Positions 14,565 to 23,204 of a stretch of DNA of 36,829 nucleotides are shown piece after piece. Under the pieces are notes generated by a model. The model worked only from the letters and a program-made list of their open reading frames with translations, did no database searches and was not told the DNA's origin. How positions within the stretch are numbered: position 1 is the first letter of the stretch; each line of letters begins with the position of its first letter. The position numbers and the translations under genes were made by a program. This stretch comes from an uncultured Acidimicrobiales bacterium. Its GTDB lineage: Bacteria > Actinomycetota > Acidimicrobiia > Acidimicrobiales > AC-14. The stretch covers positions 1 to 36,829 of the forward strand of contig CAYTTL010000003.1 in NCBI GenBank assembly GCA_964440725.1, given 5' to 3'.

Positions 14565-16490
14565 TCAGTACGCAAGACAGCCGACGCCCAAGGCGGTGAC
14601 GCCGAGGATCCAGTAGTCGGTGGTCGTGTCGGCCGGCGAGAGCCGCCAGGTCGTAGTCCAGCCGCGCCCGTCGAAGTCGTGGTCGATGCCCTCGATGCGA
14701 CAGGCCACGGTGATCGGGTCGCCGCCACCGGGCGGGCGACGGACCACGGTGATGAGGTCGCCGAGGCGGCGGACGAGCATCTGGGGGAACATCCGGTACT
14801 CATCGCCGAGGGGACTCAGCACCATCGACGCGAACCGCGTGTGCGGCTCCTTGTAGCGGTTCAACAGGTAGTGCGCCGCGTCCCGAGCCAGGGCGGGGGA
14901 GATGGGCAAGGGCGAACGCTCGTAGGTGCGGGGGCCGTAGTGGGCCTGGCTGGCGGTGTCGATGGCGTACTGCGGCGGTGCGCCCTCGGGGGTGACCTTG
15001 ATCTCATTTCGGATGTACTGCGCCGGCGAGGAGGGTTCGAGGTTCTCGTAGGGAAGCTCGGCGTCGGTGTCGCCGAAGGTGGCCTGGCTGGTCGTGTAGG
15101 GCGCCTTCAGGAAGGCGTGGCGCTCGACGAGGGTGACCTTGCCGGCGAACGACATGTAGAACAGGCCGTCCTCGGCGTCTCCGATCACCTGCATGTGCTC
15201 CAACCAGGAGCCGCTCACCACGGCGGAGGTCAGGGTGGTGTTGCCGACGTCGATGTCCCGGGCGGTGGACGACCAGCCGATGGCGTCGAGGAGGGCCTCA
15301 AGGCGCTGACCGGTGGTGTGGTTGACCCAGCCCCGGCCGCCGGCCAGGTAGTGGGCGAAAATCCGGTCGTCGGGCAGGGCGTAGTCGTAGACGATCCACT
15401 CGTCGATGTAGCCCTCGAACCCGTTGTCGCCGAACACGTTGGACGGGTTGTTGCCGATGGCGTAGCCGGTGATGAGGTTGCCGGGGAAGACGGGCGCGGT
15501 GGAGGTCCCCATGACCGTGGTGTCGACGCCGTCGACGATGATCTCGACGCTCGACGCGCTGTTGACCCGGACGACGACGTGATGGGCGGCGCCGTCGTCG
15601 AACTGGCGGCCCGACCACGCCTGGAGGACGAAGGCGTTGTTGTAGAGGTAGAACTGGAGCTCGCCGGGCCGGCCGCCCACCTCGTCCTCGTAGTCGACGC
15701 TGAGGCCGATCTTCTGGGTGGCGATGAAGGGGCCGTCGAAGGCGGAGAACAGGACCTTGGTGATCGCCCGGTTAGGGAAGGTCCCCGCCCAGCACTCGAA
15801 GGTGAAGGGGTAGTTCGCGATGACGTCCTGGTTGTCCATCAGGACCCGTTGGCCGTTGGCGGCGGCCGGGGCGAAGGCCCCGTCGGGGTCCCCGGTGATG
15901 AGACCGGGGACGCCCATGGTGTTGAACTGGGCGGCGGCGGTCGACTGGTACTGGCCGTCGTTGTCGTTGCCGGAGGAGTCGGCGGCTACGTTGCCGGAGG
16001 ACTCGCCCAGGCGCAGCCACGACTTGGGGTTGTCCTTGCCGATCTCGATAGCCCAGATGGACTCCCGGAGCTTGTGACGGGCGAAGAGGGCGAAGGCGTC
16101 GGAGGCGTCGAGGTCGACCCGAGCGGAGAAGGACGACTCGTAGACCTGCGGCCAGTCCTCGACGTGGCCGGTGAAGAGGGGGTACTCGATGCCGTCCCAC
16201 AGCGACAGGACCCGGATATGGGCGCCGGGGACGATGTTGGGGTGGTACGGCGACGCGGCGTTGTTCGGGTCGAGGCTGCGATCGTCGTTGCGAACGCTGA
16301 TGCCCAGGACCGAGGAGTTGACCCGGCCCTCCTCACGGTCCCGGCCGCTGGTGATGCTGACGCTCTCGACCTTGCCGAGGGTGACCCACTGGGTGGGGGT
16401 CGGGGTTGCGTAGGCGTTCACGCCGAAGGCGACCTGGCACCAGACATCAGGAAGCCGAAGGACGGCATCGAGACCGACTCCGATGGGCAT
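14565..16490 (-). CDS. Distal tail protein (Dit)-like minor tail protein with an inserted LamG/concanavalin-like domain
   Basis: 641-aa ORF immediately after the tape measure gene (TAG then ATG, abutting). Dit-like N- and C-terminal parts. The central DSSGNDNDGQY... region is typical of Laminin_G_3-type insertions. Confidence 0.85.
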   Translation of the reverse strand: MPIGVGLDAVLRLPDVWCQVAFGVNAYATPTPTQWVTLGKVESVSITSGRDREEGRVNSSVLGISVRNDDRSLDPNNAASPYHPNIVPGAHIRVLSLWDGIEYPLFTGHVEDWPQVYESSFSARVDLDASDAFALFARHKLRESIWAIEIGKDNPKSWLRLGESSGNVAADSSGNDNDGQYQSTAAAQFNTMGVPGLITGDPDGAFAPAAANGQRVLMDNQDVIANYPFTFECWAGTFPNRAITKVLFSAFDGPFIATQKIGLSVDYEDEVGGRPGELQFYLYNNAFVLQAWSGRQFDDGAAHHVVVRVNSASSVEIIVDGVDTTVMGTSTAPVFPGNLITGYAIGNNPSNVFGDNGFEGYIDEWIVYDYALPDDRIFAHYLAGGRGWVNHTTGQRLEALLDAIGWSSTARDIDVGNTTLTSAVVSGSWLEHMQVIGDAEDGLFYMSFAGKVTLVERHAFLKAPYTTSQATFGDTDAELPYENLEPSSPAQYIRNEIKVTPEGAPPQYAIDTASQAHYGPRTYERSPLPISPALARDAAHYLLNRYKEPHTRFASMVLSPLGDEYRMFPQMLVRRLGDLITVVRRPPGGGDPITVACRIEGIDHDFDGRGWTTTWRLSPADTTTDYWILGVTALGVGCLAY

Positions 16491-19406
16491 CTACGTGGGG
16501 GTGAGGTGGAGGTCCTGGCCGCGGTCGGCCATCTTCTGGAGCTCCGCCAGGGTGTGGGGCGTGGTGAACCGAGCGAAGGTCCGACCGTCGATGTTGAGGT
16601 TGAACGTCAGGGCGCCGGCGACGGCGGGAGGGGCGGCCTCGGCGACCGGCGACGCCTTGCTGTAGAACGAGGGCCTCACCCACGACCCGTCCTCCGCCTG
16701 GATGGACCCCGGCTTAGGTTCCCACCCGCCGCCGGCCGCCGGCCGATAGGCGGCCTTCGTGTTCGCCGACTGGCGCGCGTACCACGAGTCCGAGCGCCGA
16801 TTGGGGTTGGGACCACCGGGGGCCGGGCCGTAGAACGACGACGGCACCCAGGACCCGTCTTCAGCCTGCACCATCCCGCCCGAGGCGTAGCCCGCTGCGC
16901 GCTGCACGAAGGATGACAGCCACTCAGGCAGGACCATCTCGCCCCCGTGGAGGTTCGCCGGAACGATGCCACCGCGGGCGTAGGTCCCGGCGTGGACGTG
17001 GTCCCAGTGATCGTCTATCGCATAGCGGGCGACCTGCTGGCCGTTCTTGATGTTGAACGGAGCGCCCGAGTAGATCAGCTCGGCGAGGTTGCCGGCGATC
17101 GGGAGCAGCGCGTTAAAGATCGCTGAGAGGTTCCCGACGAGGTCGACGGCCCGGCCGAGGGCGTGCAGGCTCAGGTTGCCTGAACTGGTGATGGCTCCCG
17201 GCCGGACGGTGGACGAGACCCCGTAGGGCTGGCCGACGCTGTCCAAGTATCGGGTGACGGCCTGCCACCCGGAGCCCACGGCTCCGGAGCCCACGCCGCC
17301 GGTGAAGGCCTGCGGGTTGTCCCTGGCCCATTGCTCGGCAATGTCGCGGGCCTTCTTGTCCGTGATGTCGTTGATGGCCCCGGCCCAGGCCCCGATGTCG
17401 TCGGTGCCGGGGACGCGGGCATGGATGTTGACCGACCCACCGGTGGCGTAGCCCTGGACGAGGCCACCGGTGGCGAAACCCACCCGCGGGTACGTGCGGT
17501 TCCTGATCGCCTCCATCATTCCTACGCCGTAGTAGTCAACGGCCGCGACCGGCTGGACGTACTCCCGGGGGGTCAGCCAGGCGGGAACGGTGTCGCCGGT
17601 GCCGTAGCCGGGAACGGGGCCACCGGCGGCGAACTCCTGCTGGTTGTTGCCCCCCGCGGCGGCGGTGATCCTGGCCTGGATGTTGATGTCCTTGTCGGGG
17701 AGGCTGCTGATCCGACTGCCCAACTCAGCCAAGGCGCCGTGCGCCTCTCCCATGCCCGGCGTGTTGATCTGCGTGTTCACGTCGTGGGGGACGAGGTTGT
17801 AGCGCTGGATGAGGGCGTCGATCTGGGCGTCGGTGAAGCCCGCCTGATGCATGACCGAGCGGAGCTGGTTGACGTTCTCGGCGAACGTCGCATTGACCTG
17901 TTGGGTCGTCGCGTTTTCCTGCTCCATCGACGTTGCAAGGTTGGTGGTGCCGGTGATCAGGTCGAGGATCGCCGTCATGTTGGTGCGACCCTGCGAAGTG
18001 TTGATGTCGAGGGTGGCCCCGTTTGCTTGGAACGAAGCGGTGAGCTCGTCGACCTTGGCCTCAAGGTTGATGGCCGCCTGATCCGCCGCTACGTGGACGC
18101 CGATGAGCATGTCGAGCCCAGCCTTGAGTTGGGCCGCAGCAGCCGTCGACGCATCGAAGGCTGCAACGGTCCCGCGTTGCTTGCTGGCCAGGGCCTCCGC
18201 AGCAGTACCGGTCAGGCCGTAGATGCTCTGGGCCTTGCCCAGCTGGCCGACGAGTTCCTCGATCTTGTCGGCCTGCTGTTGGGCCGCCTCGATCGAGGCC
18301 TTGGTCGCCTCGGTGAGCTCCCCTTCGGCCGCCTCGACCGGGGGAATGGCCACGCCGAGGGCGGCCGCCTGGGCGGCCTGCATGCGGTAGGCCGCCGCCG
18401 CCTTGTCCGCCGCGTTGGCGCTCTCGTCGCTGCCGCCCGTGAAGGCTCGGAGCGCACCGAGGGCAGGCAGTAGGTTCGACACCACGCCTTGCACGATGCC
18501 GCTGAGCCCGCCGACCGGAGCAGCCACGGAATCGATCACGGCCGTGAGGTCGGAGACTGCGCCAGCCACCGCGGTGAGGGTAGGTACCAGGCCCTTGCCG
18601 AGGTTCATCTGCAACTCAGACGTGGCGACGCTGAGTTCCCGCTGGGCCATCGAGTAAGCCTTGGTGTCGGCCAGATCCTTGTCGCTGAGGATCGGGCCCT
18701 GGTTCTTGAACTTTTCCCACTCCTCGTTTGACAGAGCCAGGGCGGCCCGGACCTCGAGGCCCCCCTTGCCGACCGCCTGCTGGAGGAACGCCGCCTTGAC
18801 CAGGGGGTCCTCGATCGACTGGTAGGTCCCGCGCAGGTTCTCGACGGTCTGGACGAGGTTCGTCGTCCCGTCGGAGTTCTGCGCGACCTCGATCTTCAGC
18901 CCAGCGAACTCACCACCGGTGTTGAAGATGTTGGTGGCCAGCTTCTGCATGGCCTTGCCCATGGCATCGGTGTCGATGCCCAGGCCGATGGCGACGTTGC
19001 GGAAGCCGGAGGCCTCCTCCGCCGTCGAGCCGAGGGTCGCCTTGAACTTGCGGACCTCGGCGCCAGCCGACACGAACTTGTCGATCCCGGCGGCAGCCAT
19101 CGCCAGCAGGGCACCACCGGCGGCGACCGCCCCGGCCGCGACGCCGGTCTTCAGGACGTTGCCGACCGCCGCGCCTTCGCCGCCGATCTTCTGGAGGGAG
19201 CCGGGGATCTTGTCGAGGCTGCCGGCGGCGGCACCAGCCGCCCCGGGGAGGGCCTTGCCAAGGAACCCGGACAGGGCGCCAACGGACTTGCCCGCCACGT
19301 CGCTGGTCTTGCCGACCTTGTCGGTGGACCGTTCGACGTTGTTGAGGACCCTGGACGCGCCACGGTCGTCGCCCAGGATGACGACGCGGAGTTCACGTTC
19401 CCCCAT
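16491..19406 (-). CDS. Tape measure protein with a C-terminal LAS/VanY-type zinc peptidase motif set
   Basis: 971-aa Ala/Gly-rich ORF following the G/GT chaperone, with strong RBS AAGGAGG. SLHALGRAVD (H-x6-D) and DHWDHVH lie at aa ~746-805. Confidence 0.95.
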   Translation of the reverse strand: MGERELRVVILGDDRGASRVLNNVERSTDKVGKTSDVAGKSVGALSGFLGKALPGAAGAAAGSLDKIPGSLQKIGGEGAAVGNVLKTGVAAGAVAAGGALLAMAAAGIDKFVSAGAEVRKFKATLGSTAEEASGFRNVAIGLGIDTDAMGKAMQKLATNIFNTGGEFAGLKIEVAQNSDGTTNLVQTVENLRGTYQSIEDPLVKAAFLQQAVGKGGLEVRAALALSNEEWEKFKNQGPILSDKDLADTKAYSMAQRELSVATSELQMNLGKGLVPTLTAVAGAVSDLTAVIDSVAAPVGGLSGIVQGVVSNLLPALGALRAFTGGSDESANAADKAAAAYRMQAAQAAALGVAIPPVEAAEGELTEATKASIEAAQQQADKIEELVGQLGKAQSIYGLTGTAAEALASKQRGTVAAFDASTAAAAQLKAGLDMLIGVHVAADQAAINLEAKVDELTASFQANGATLDINTSQGRTNMTAILDLITGTTNLATSMEQENATTQQVNATFAENVNQLRSVMHQAGFTDAQIDALIQRYNLVPHDVNTQINTPGMGEAHGALAELGSRISSLPDKDINIQARITAAAGGNNQQEFAAGGPVPGYGTGDTVPAWLTPREYVQPVAAVDYYGVGMMEAIRNRTYPRVGFATGGLVQGYATGGSVNIHARVPGTDDIGAWAGAINDITDKKARDIAEQWARDNPQAFTGGVGSGAVGSGWQAVTRYLDSVGQPYGVSSTVRPGAITSSGNLSLHALGRAVDLVGNLSAIFNALLPIAGNLAELIYSGAPFNIKNGQQVARYAIDDHWDHVHAGTYARGGIVPANLHGGEMVLPEWLSSFVQRAAGYASGGMVQAEDGSWVPSSFYGPAPGGPNPNRRSDSWYARQSANTKAAYRPAAGGGWEPKPGSIQAEDGSWVRPSFYSKASPVAEAAPPAVAGALTFNLNIDGRTFARFTTPHTLAELQKMADRGQDLHLTPT

Positions 19407-19862
19407 CGTCCACCTCCTTGGGCTTGGCCTTCAGCGCCGACATGTAGCGGTCGATCTCGTGGTCAGTCAGCAGGTCGAGTTCCCATGGCTTGAGGCCGAA
19501 GACGCGGGACAGGGCGGGCCACCAGTCGAGGAGGGCCCGCCTCAGTCGGGGGGGCCGGTCTCGGCCTCCTCCTCGCTGTCGACCGCGGCGTCCTCAGGCG
19601 GGACCAGGGCCCGCAGGGTGAGTCCGCGCAGCGTGTCCTCGTAGGTCAGGCCCGGCTCGTCCCGGCGTCGCTTGATCCAGATGAACGCGCCAATGGCGTC
19701 GAGGTCGCGGTCCATGAGGGCCGATGTCATCAGGCCGCTCCGGCCGAGGCCGGTGACTCGCTTCAGGTCCCGCCATTCGACGCCGTCGAGGTCGAGGAAG
19801 TCCACGACGACCTCAGTGCCGTCGACCATCCAGGAGATGATGGAATCAGGCTGGTCGGCCAC
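19393..19862 (-). CDS. Tail assembly chaperone G-T fusion product (programmed -1 frameshift)
   Basis: The -1 frame from the slippery run reads PPRLRRALLDWWPALSRVFGLKPWELDLLTDHEIDRYMSALKAKPKEVDDGGT with no stops, ending at 19393 and overlapping the TMP start. Confidence 0.75.
19542..19862 (-). CDS. Tail assembly chaperone (gpG-like), 106 aa
   Basis: Lies between the major tail and tape measure genes. GTG start 1 nt after the major tail stop. Confidence 0.85.
   Translation of the reverse strand: MADQPDSIISWMVDGTEVVVDFLDLDGVEWRDLKRVTGLGRSGLMTSALMDRDLDAIGAFIWIKRRRDEPGLTYEDTLRGLTLRALVPPEDAAVDSEEEAETGPPD
19548..19554 (-). promoter_or_regulatory. Slippery heptanucleotide C_CCC_CCC for -1 ribosomal frameshifting
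   Basis: Seven G on the plus strand, i.e. seven C in the mRNA, phased X_XXY_YYZ in the G frame, 3 nt before the G stop codon. Confidence 0.7.
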
Positions 19863-19863
19863 C

Positions 19864-20856
19864 TCAGATGGCCGTGTCGGTGCTCATGTACGTGATCGTG
19901 ACGCCCGGGTTCGTGGCGTCGTGCGCCCCCTCGAACGGGATCTTCGGCACGATCACGTCGGGCCCGCCGACCTTGGGCGTCTCGCCGGTGAAGTGGACCT
20001 CGGGGACGGTGATGCGGAAGGTCTGGGCGAACGTCGAGGCGATGATCGGCCCGACGAACTCCAACACCAGGGCGGCTGCGGAGTCGGCGGCGAACCGGTC
20101 GTAGAAGGTCGCGGCCGAGTCGAACTCGGCCGACAACGAGCCGGTGACCTCGGGGAAGTCGTTCTCGAAGGGCTCGGACTTGAGGCCACCGGTACCGAGG
20201 TACCAGCCGTCAGTCTTGGACTTGCGGTCGATCTTCACCGAGGCATCGTTGACCTTGGCCACCGAGACGCCGCCCACGAGGAGCGTGCCCTGCGCGAAGT
20301 TGAACGACTGGGCGGCGGCAGGGTACGTCAGGGCAGCGGCGGCCGTGGTGGTGTTCACGTCGCGGGCGTCGATGTCAAACGACGCCTCGAGCAGGTTCGA
20401 CACCGAGATCGCGAACTCGCCACTCAGGAGCTTGCAGCCGGCGAAGGTGAACTTCTCGATGAGGGCGTTCGTGGAGTCCCGGAGCTGCTTCTGGATGGTC
20501 ATCGACTTGCCGCCCTGACCACCGAGGGAATGGGTCTGGAGGTGAGCCGTGGTGGCGCCCTGCTGCACGATGGTCGACGTGCCGCCCATGAGTTGGCGGA
20601 GCCAACGGCCGAAGCCGACGGTCGGAACCTCCATCTTCACCGGCCCGCCGCCGTCGCGGGCCACCAGGGCGCGCCGGGAACCGCGCCGGAGGTTGATCGT
20701 CTGAGACCGCAGGCCCTTGGACGAGATGACCTGGTTCCGACGCTCCAGGCCCTCGTCAGTGAACTCGACGGCCCGGTCGGGGGCCACGACGGTCCCGTAG
20801 ACCGTCTCCTCGGCCGTCGTAAGGCCTGTCGTGAGGCCGGTGGCGGTGTTGGGCAT
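19864..20856 (-). CDS. Major tail protein
   Basis: 330-aa ORF directly upstream of the chaperone pair. Composition and size typical of actinophage major tail subunits. The ATG overlaps the upstream stop (TGATG). Confidence 0.85.
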   Translation of the reverse strand: MPNTATGLTTGLTTAEETVYGTVVAPDRAVEFTDEGLERRNQVISSKGLRSQTINLRRGSRRALVARDGGGPVKMEVPTVGFGRWLRQLMGGTSTIVQQGATTAHLQTHSLGGQGGKSMTIQKQLRDSTNALIEKFTFAGCKLLSGEFAISVSNLLEASFDIDARDVNTTTAAAALTYPAAAQSFNFAQGTLLVGGVSVAKVNDASVKIDRKSKTDGWYLGTGGLKSEPFENDFPEVTGSLSAEFDSAATFYDRFAADSAAALVLEFVGPIIASTFAQTFRITVPEVHFTGETPKVGGPDVIVPKIPFEGAHDATNPGVTITYMSTDTAI

Positions 20857-21245
20857 CAGACGTTCTCCTCGGTGCGCTCGGGCTGGTCTGTGGCGTCACC
20901 GTCGCCGGTGTCCTCGTCGTCGTCCTCGTCGTCGTCCTCGTCGGGCTCCTCGACTTCGTCGGCGTCGGCGTCGGTGGCTGGAGCGAAGTCGACGCCCACG
21001 TTGTCGGCCACCGCCGGCGACGTCGCCGGATCGTGTCTGTCCGGGAGCCTGGGCTCGGCCCGGTCGGCAGCCACGGCCTTGGCCGCCTTGGTGTTGGGCC
21101 GCTCCCATACCGCCTGCTCGAGCAGCGAGGCGGCGAGGCCCGCGTCATCGATGGTGACCGTCTCGCCGTGGCCGACCAGCTGGCCCGTGGCCTCGATCTC
21201 GACGCCGTCGACGAAGGGCCCGACGTAGGTGATCCTGGTGCCCAT
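20856..21245 (-). CDS. Hypothetical head-tail region protein with a strongly acidic C-terminal tail, 129 aa
   Basis: Track ORF. The EEPDEDDDEDDDEDTGDGD tail is encoded by a TCCTCGTCGTCG repeat at 20911..20943. Confidence 0.8.
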   Translation of the reverse strand: MGTRITYVGPFVDGVEIEATGQLVGHGETVTIDDAGLAASLLEQAVWERPNTKAAKAVAADRAEPRLPDRHDPATSPAVADNVGVDFAPATDADADEVEEPDEDDDEDDDEDTGDGDATDQPERTEENV

Positions 21246-21254
21246 GCGGGCCTC

Positions 21255-21671
21255 CTATCTGGGGAACGCGGCCCGGGTGGCGTCTGCCACCATGCGGGAG
21301 TAGCTGGCGATGATCTCGGGGGACTCTTCGCGGATGGCGGGATAGAGGGCGTATCCAGCCTCGGGGCCGCTGCCCCGCCACGGGTCGAACTGCTTGAACC
21401 GCTTCGACCCGAACTCGCCACCGAGGGCGTAGGGGTAGCGCTCGCCACCGATCCTGACCTGGGCCCGGGACTGCTGTGCCAGGGCCTTGATGGACGTCGA
21501 CGCCTTGCCGATGGCTCCACCCCAGCCTTCGGCGTTGGAGCGGGCCTTAGCAGCGACCTGCTGTGCGACACGGAGGTTGATCCGACGGATCTCGCGGGGG
21601 AACGTCCTGTCGAGCTTGCGGAGCTCCCGATTGAAGTCCCGGAGGCCGGCGACCTGGATGGGGTCAGCCAT
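21255..21671 (-). CDS. HK97 gp10-like head-tail joining protein
   Basis: 138 aa. Segment YPYALGGEFGSKRFKQFDPWRG..GYALYPAIRE resembles the gp10-family signature. Confidence 0.8.
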   Translation of the reverse strand: MADPIQVAGLRDFNRELRKLDRTFPREIRRINLRVAQQVAAKARSNAEGWGGAIGKASTSIKALAQQSRAQVRIGGERYPYALGGEFGSKRFKQFDPWRGSGPEAGYALYPAIREESPEIIASYSRMVADATRAAFPR

Positions 21672-21675
21672 GCGA

Positions 21676-22137
21676 TCAGCGGCCGATTCGCTGGGCGCAG
21701 CGGATCAGGATGCGCAGGAAGATGACCCAGCCGGCCGCTGTGCCGTCCGGGCCCTCAGCCGGCATGGCGCCGTTGGTGGTCATGCTCGCCACGAGGGCGG
21801 TGCGAACGGTGCCGTCGAGCGTCAGGTTGCGGTCTGCGGGCTCGAGGAGGGCGCAGACGGCGTCGGCCAGGGCGAACCCCCGAGCGTCGACGTCGGCGGC
21901 GTCACCGGCGGGGTCGTGGACCTTGACGCCCACCTCGAGGTCGTACTCCTCCTCCTTCATCAGCTGCCCGATGGCGGCCGGCTCTTCGCGCGGGTCCTGC
22001 ACGCCCAGGAGGGCGACGACCTCCTGCTCCTCGTACTCGGCCGGCGGGCCGAAGGTGATCTGAGCGGAACCCAGGGTGTCGGCGGCATCGAGACGGGCGA
22101 ACAGGGCCTGGCGGGCCGCCGAGATGGAGGAGCTCAC
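21676..22137 (-). CDS. Head-tail joining protein (putative), 153 aa
   Basis: GTG at 22137 in a GTGA overlap with the upstream stop. This is the C-terminal part of track ORF 21676..22632. Confidence 0.75.
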   Translation of the reverse strand: MSSSISAARQALFARLDAADTLGSAQITFGPPAEYEEQEVVALLGVQDPREEPAAIGQLMKEEEYDLEVGVKVHDPAGDAADVDARGFALADAVCALLEPADRNLTLDGTVRTALVASMTTNGAMPAEGPDGTAAGWVIFLRILIRCAQRIGR

Positions 22138-23003
22138 CCGAAGGAGAAGACGCGATGCCGGCGACGCACGGCCACTTCGTCGACGAAGGGGATGCCGAAG
22201 GGCGTCTTCGGCCCGGGAGTGGACGACCGCACGATGCCGGCCTCCGTGGCCACCGAGTACTGACGGTTGCCGGCGTTGGCGCCGAGCACCCGGTCGGCGA
22301 TGGCGACCTTGCCCGCCTCGACGATGTCGGGTGTGGGACGGTCCTTGCCGTGCTCGTACTCGACGGTGATGGTCGAGGTGCCGGCCGGCCAGAAGGTCTG
22401 GCTGCGACGGGAGAGGATCCCGGCATCGTCGACGACCAGGCCGGCGAGCTCGGGAGAGGTGAAGGCAGTCGTGACGCCGGCGGAGCTCGTGCAACTCACG
22501 GACCGGATGGAGCGGACGTAGAGGTCGGGCAGGATGAGCGAGCCGTCCATCGACCAGCCGTCGAGGGTCACCCGGCGGTACCGCGGGACCCAGGCCACGG
22601 CCGTGAAGTCCTCGAAGGTCTCCTCGAACCACGTCCGGGCCGTCCTCAGGGTGGCCGAGGGGAACTTGTCGGCGTCGTTGAGGTTCTTCGCGGTGCGGAT
22701 CGCGCCCAGGGTGAGGTAGAACCCGCCGACGATTTCCACCTCGGTGGTGATGGTCTGCACCTGGCCGGCGAAGGTGCCCGACCAGACGGCGGTCAGCTCG
22801 TTGAGGTCATCCTGGGGCGGCAGGACGTAGGTGTAGGTGTCCTCGCCGGGCGTGTGGGTCGTGTTCGTGGTGGCGACGACCACCGTGCCGTCGGTGGCGG
22901 TGATGGTCACGGTCACGGCGCCGTCGGCTTCGGCGACATCCTCGTCGGAGTAGAAGACGACGGCCAGGGTGGCGGAGGTGCCGCGCAACACTCGCTCGCT
23001 CAT
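22134..23003 (-). CDS. Putative head-tail connector/adaptor protein with an N-terminal beta-rich extension, 289 aa
   Basis: ATG at 23003 in an ATGA overlap. Function assigned from position and loose gp6-like similarity only. Confidence 0.75.
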   Translation of the reverse strand: MSERVLRGTSATLAVVFYSDEDVAEADGAVTVTITATDGTVVVATTNTTHTPGEDTYTYVLPPQDDLNELTAVWSGTFAGQVQTITTEVEIVGGFYLTLGAIRTAKNLNDADKFPSATLRTARTWFEETFEDFTAVAWVPRYRRVTLDGWSMDGSLILPDLYVRSIRSVSCTSSAGVTTAFTSPELAGLVVDDAGILSRRSQTFWPAGTSTITVEYEHGKDRPTPDIVEAGKVAIADRVLGANAGNRQYSVATEAGIVRSSTPGPKTPFGIPFVDEVAVRRRHRVFSFG

Positions 23004-23197
23004 CCGGCGCCTCCCTCGAACGATGTGGCTGCGGTGGCCGCCTCCCGGTAGCCGGTCGCGCTGGTCCTGCCGTCGAAGGTGGTCGTCGTCGCCTCGCCGT
23101 CGAACTGTCGCCAGGCGGGCGACGGTGGAGCAAGGTTGCCGAAGGTGCCGCCCGGTGCACCGAAGACCTCGCCGGGTGCTCCGAAGGTGCCGGGCAT
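23000..23197 (-). CDS. Hypothetical small protein, 65 aa
   Basis: High GC3. Its stop is in an ATGA overlap with the next gene. Confidence 0.55.
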   Translation of the reverse strand: MPGTFGAPGEVFGAPGGTFGNLAPPSPAWRQFDGEATTTTFDGRTSATGYREAATAATSFEGGAG

Positions 23198-23204
23198 CAG
23201 GGCA

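Noticed and set aside
14004-16916. Very long plus-strand ORF (970 aa) and similar ones at 4011..5609, 11934..13463, 19672..21228 and 24821..26632
   Set aside because: All are antisense to well-supported minus-strand structural or early genes. Their translations are low-complexity Gly/Arg/Val/Asp-rich strings typical of spurious open frames in high-G+C DNA. They have no motifs and no sensible starts.
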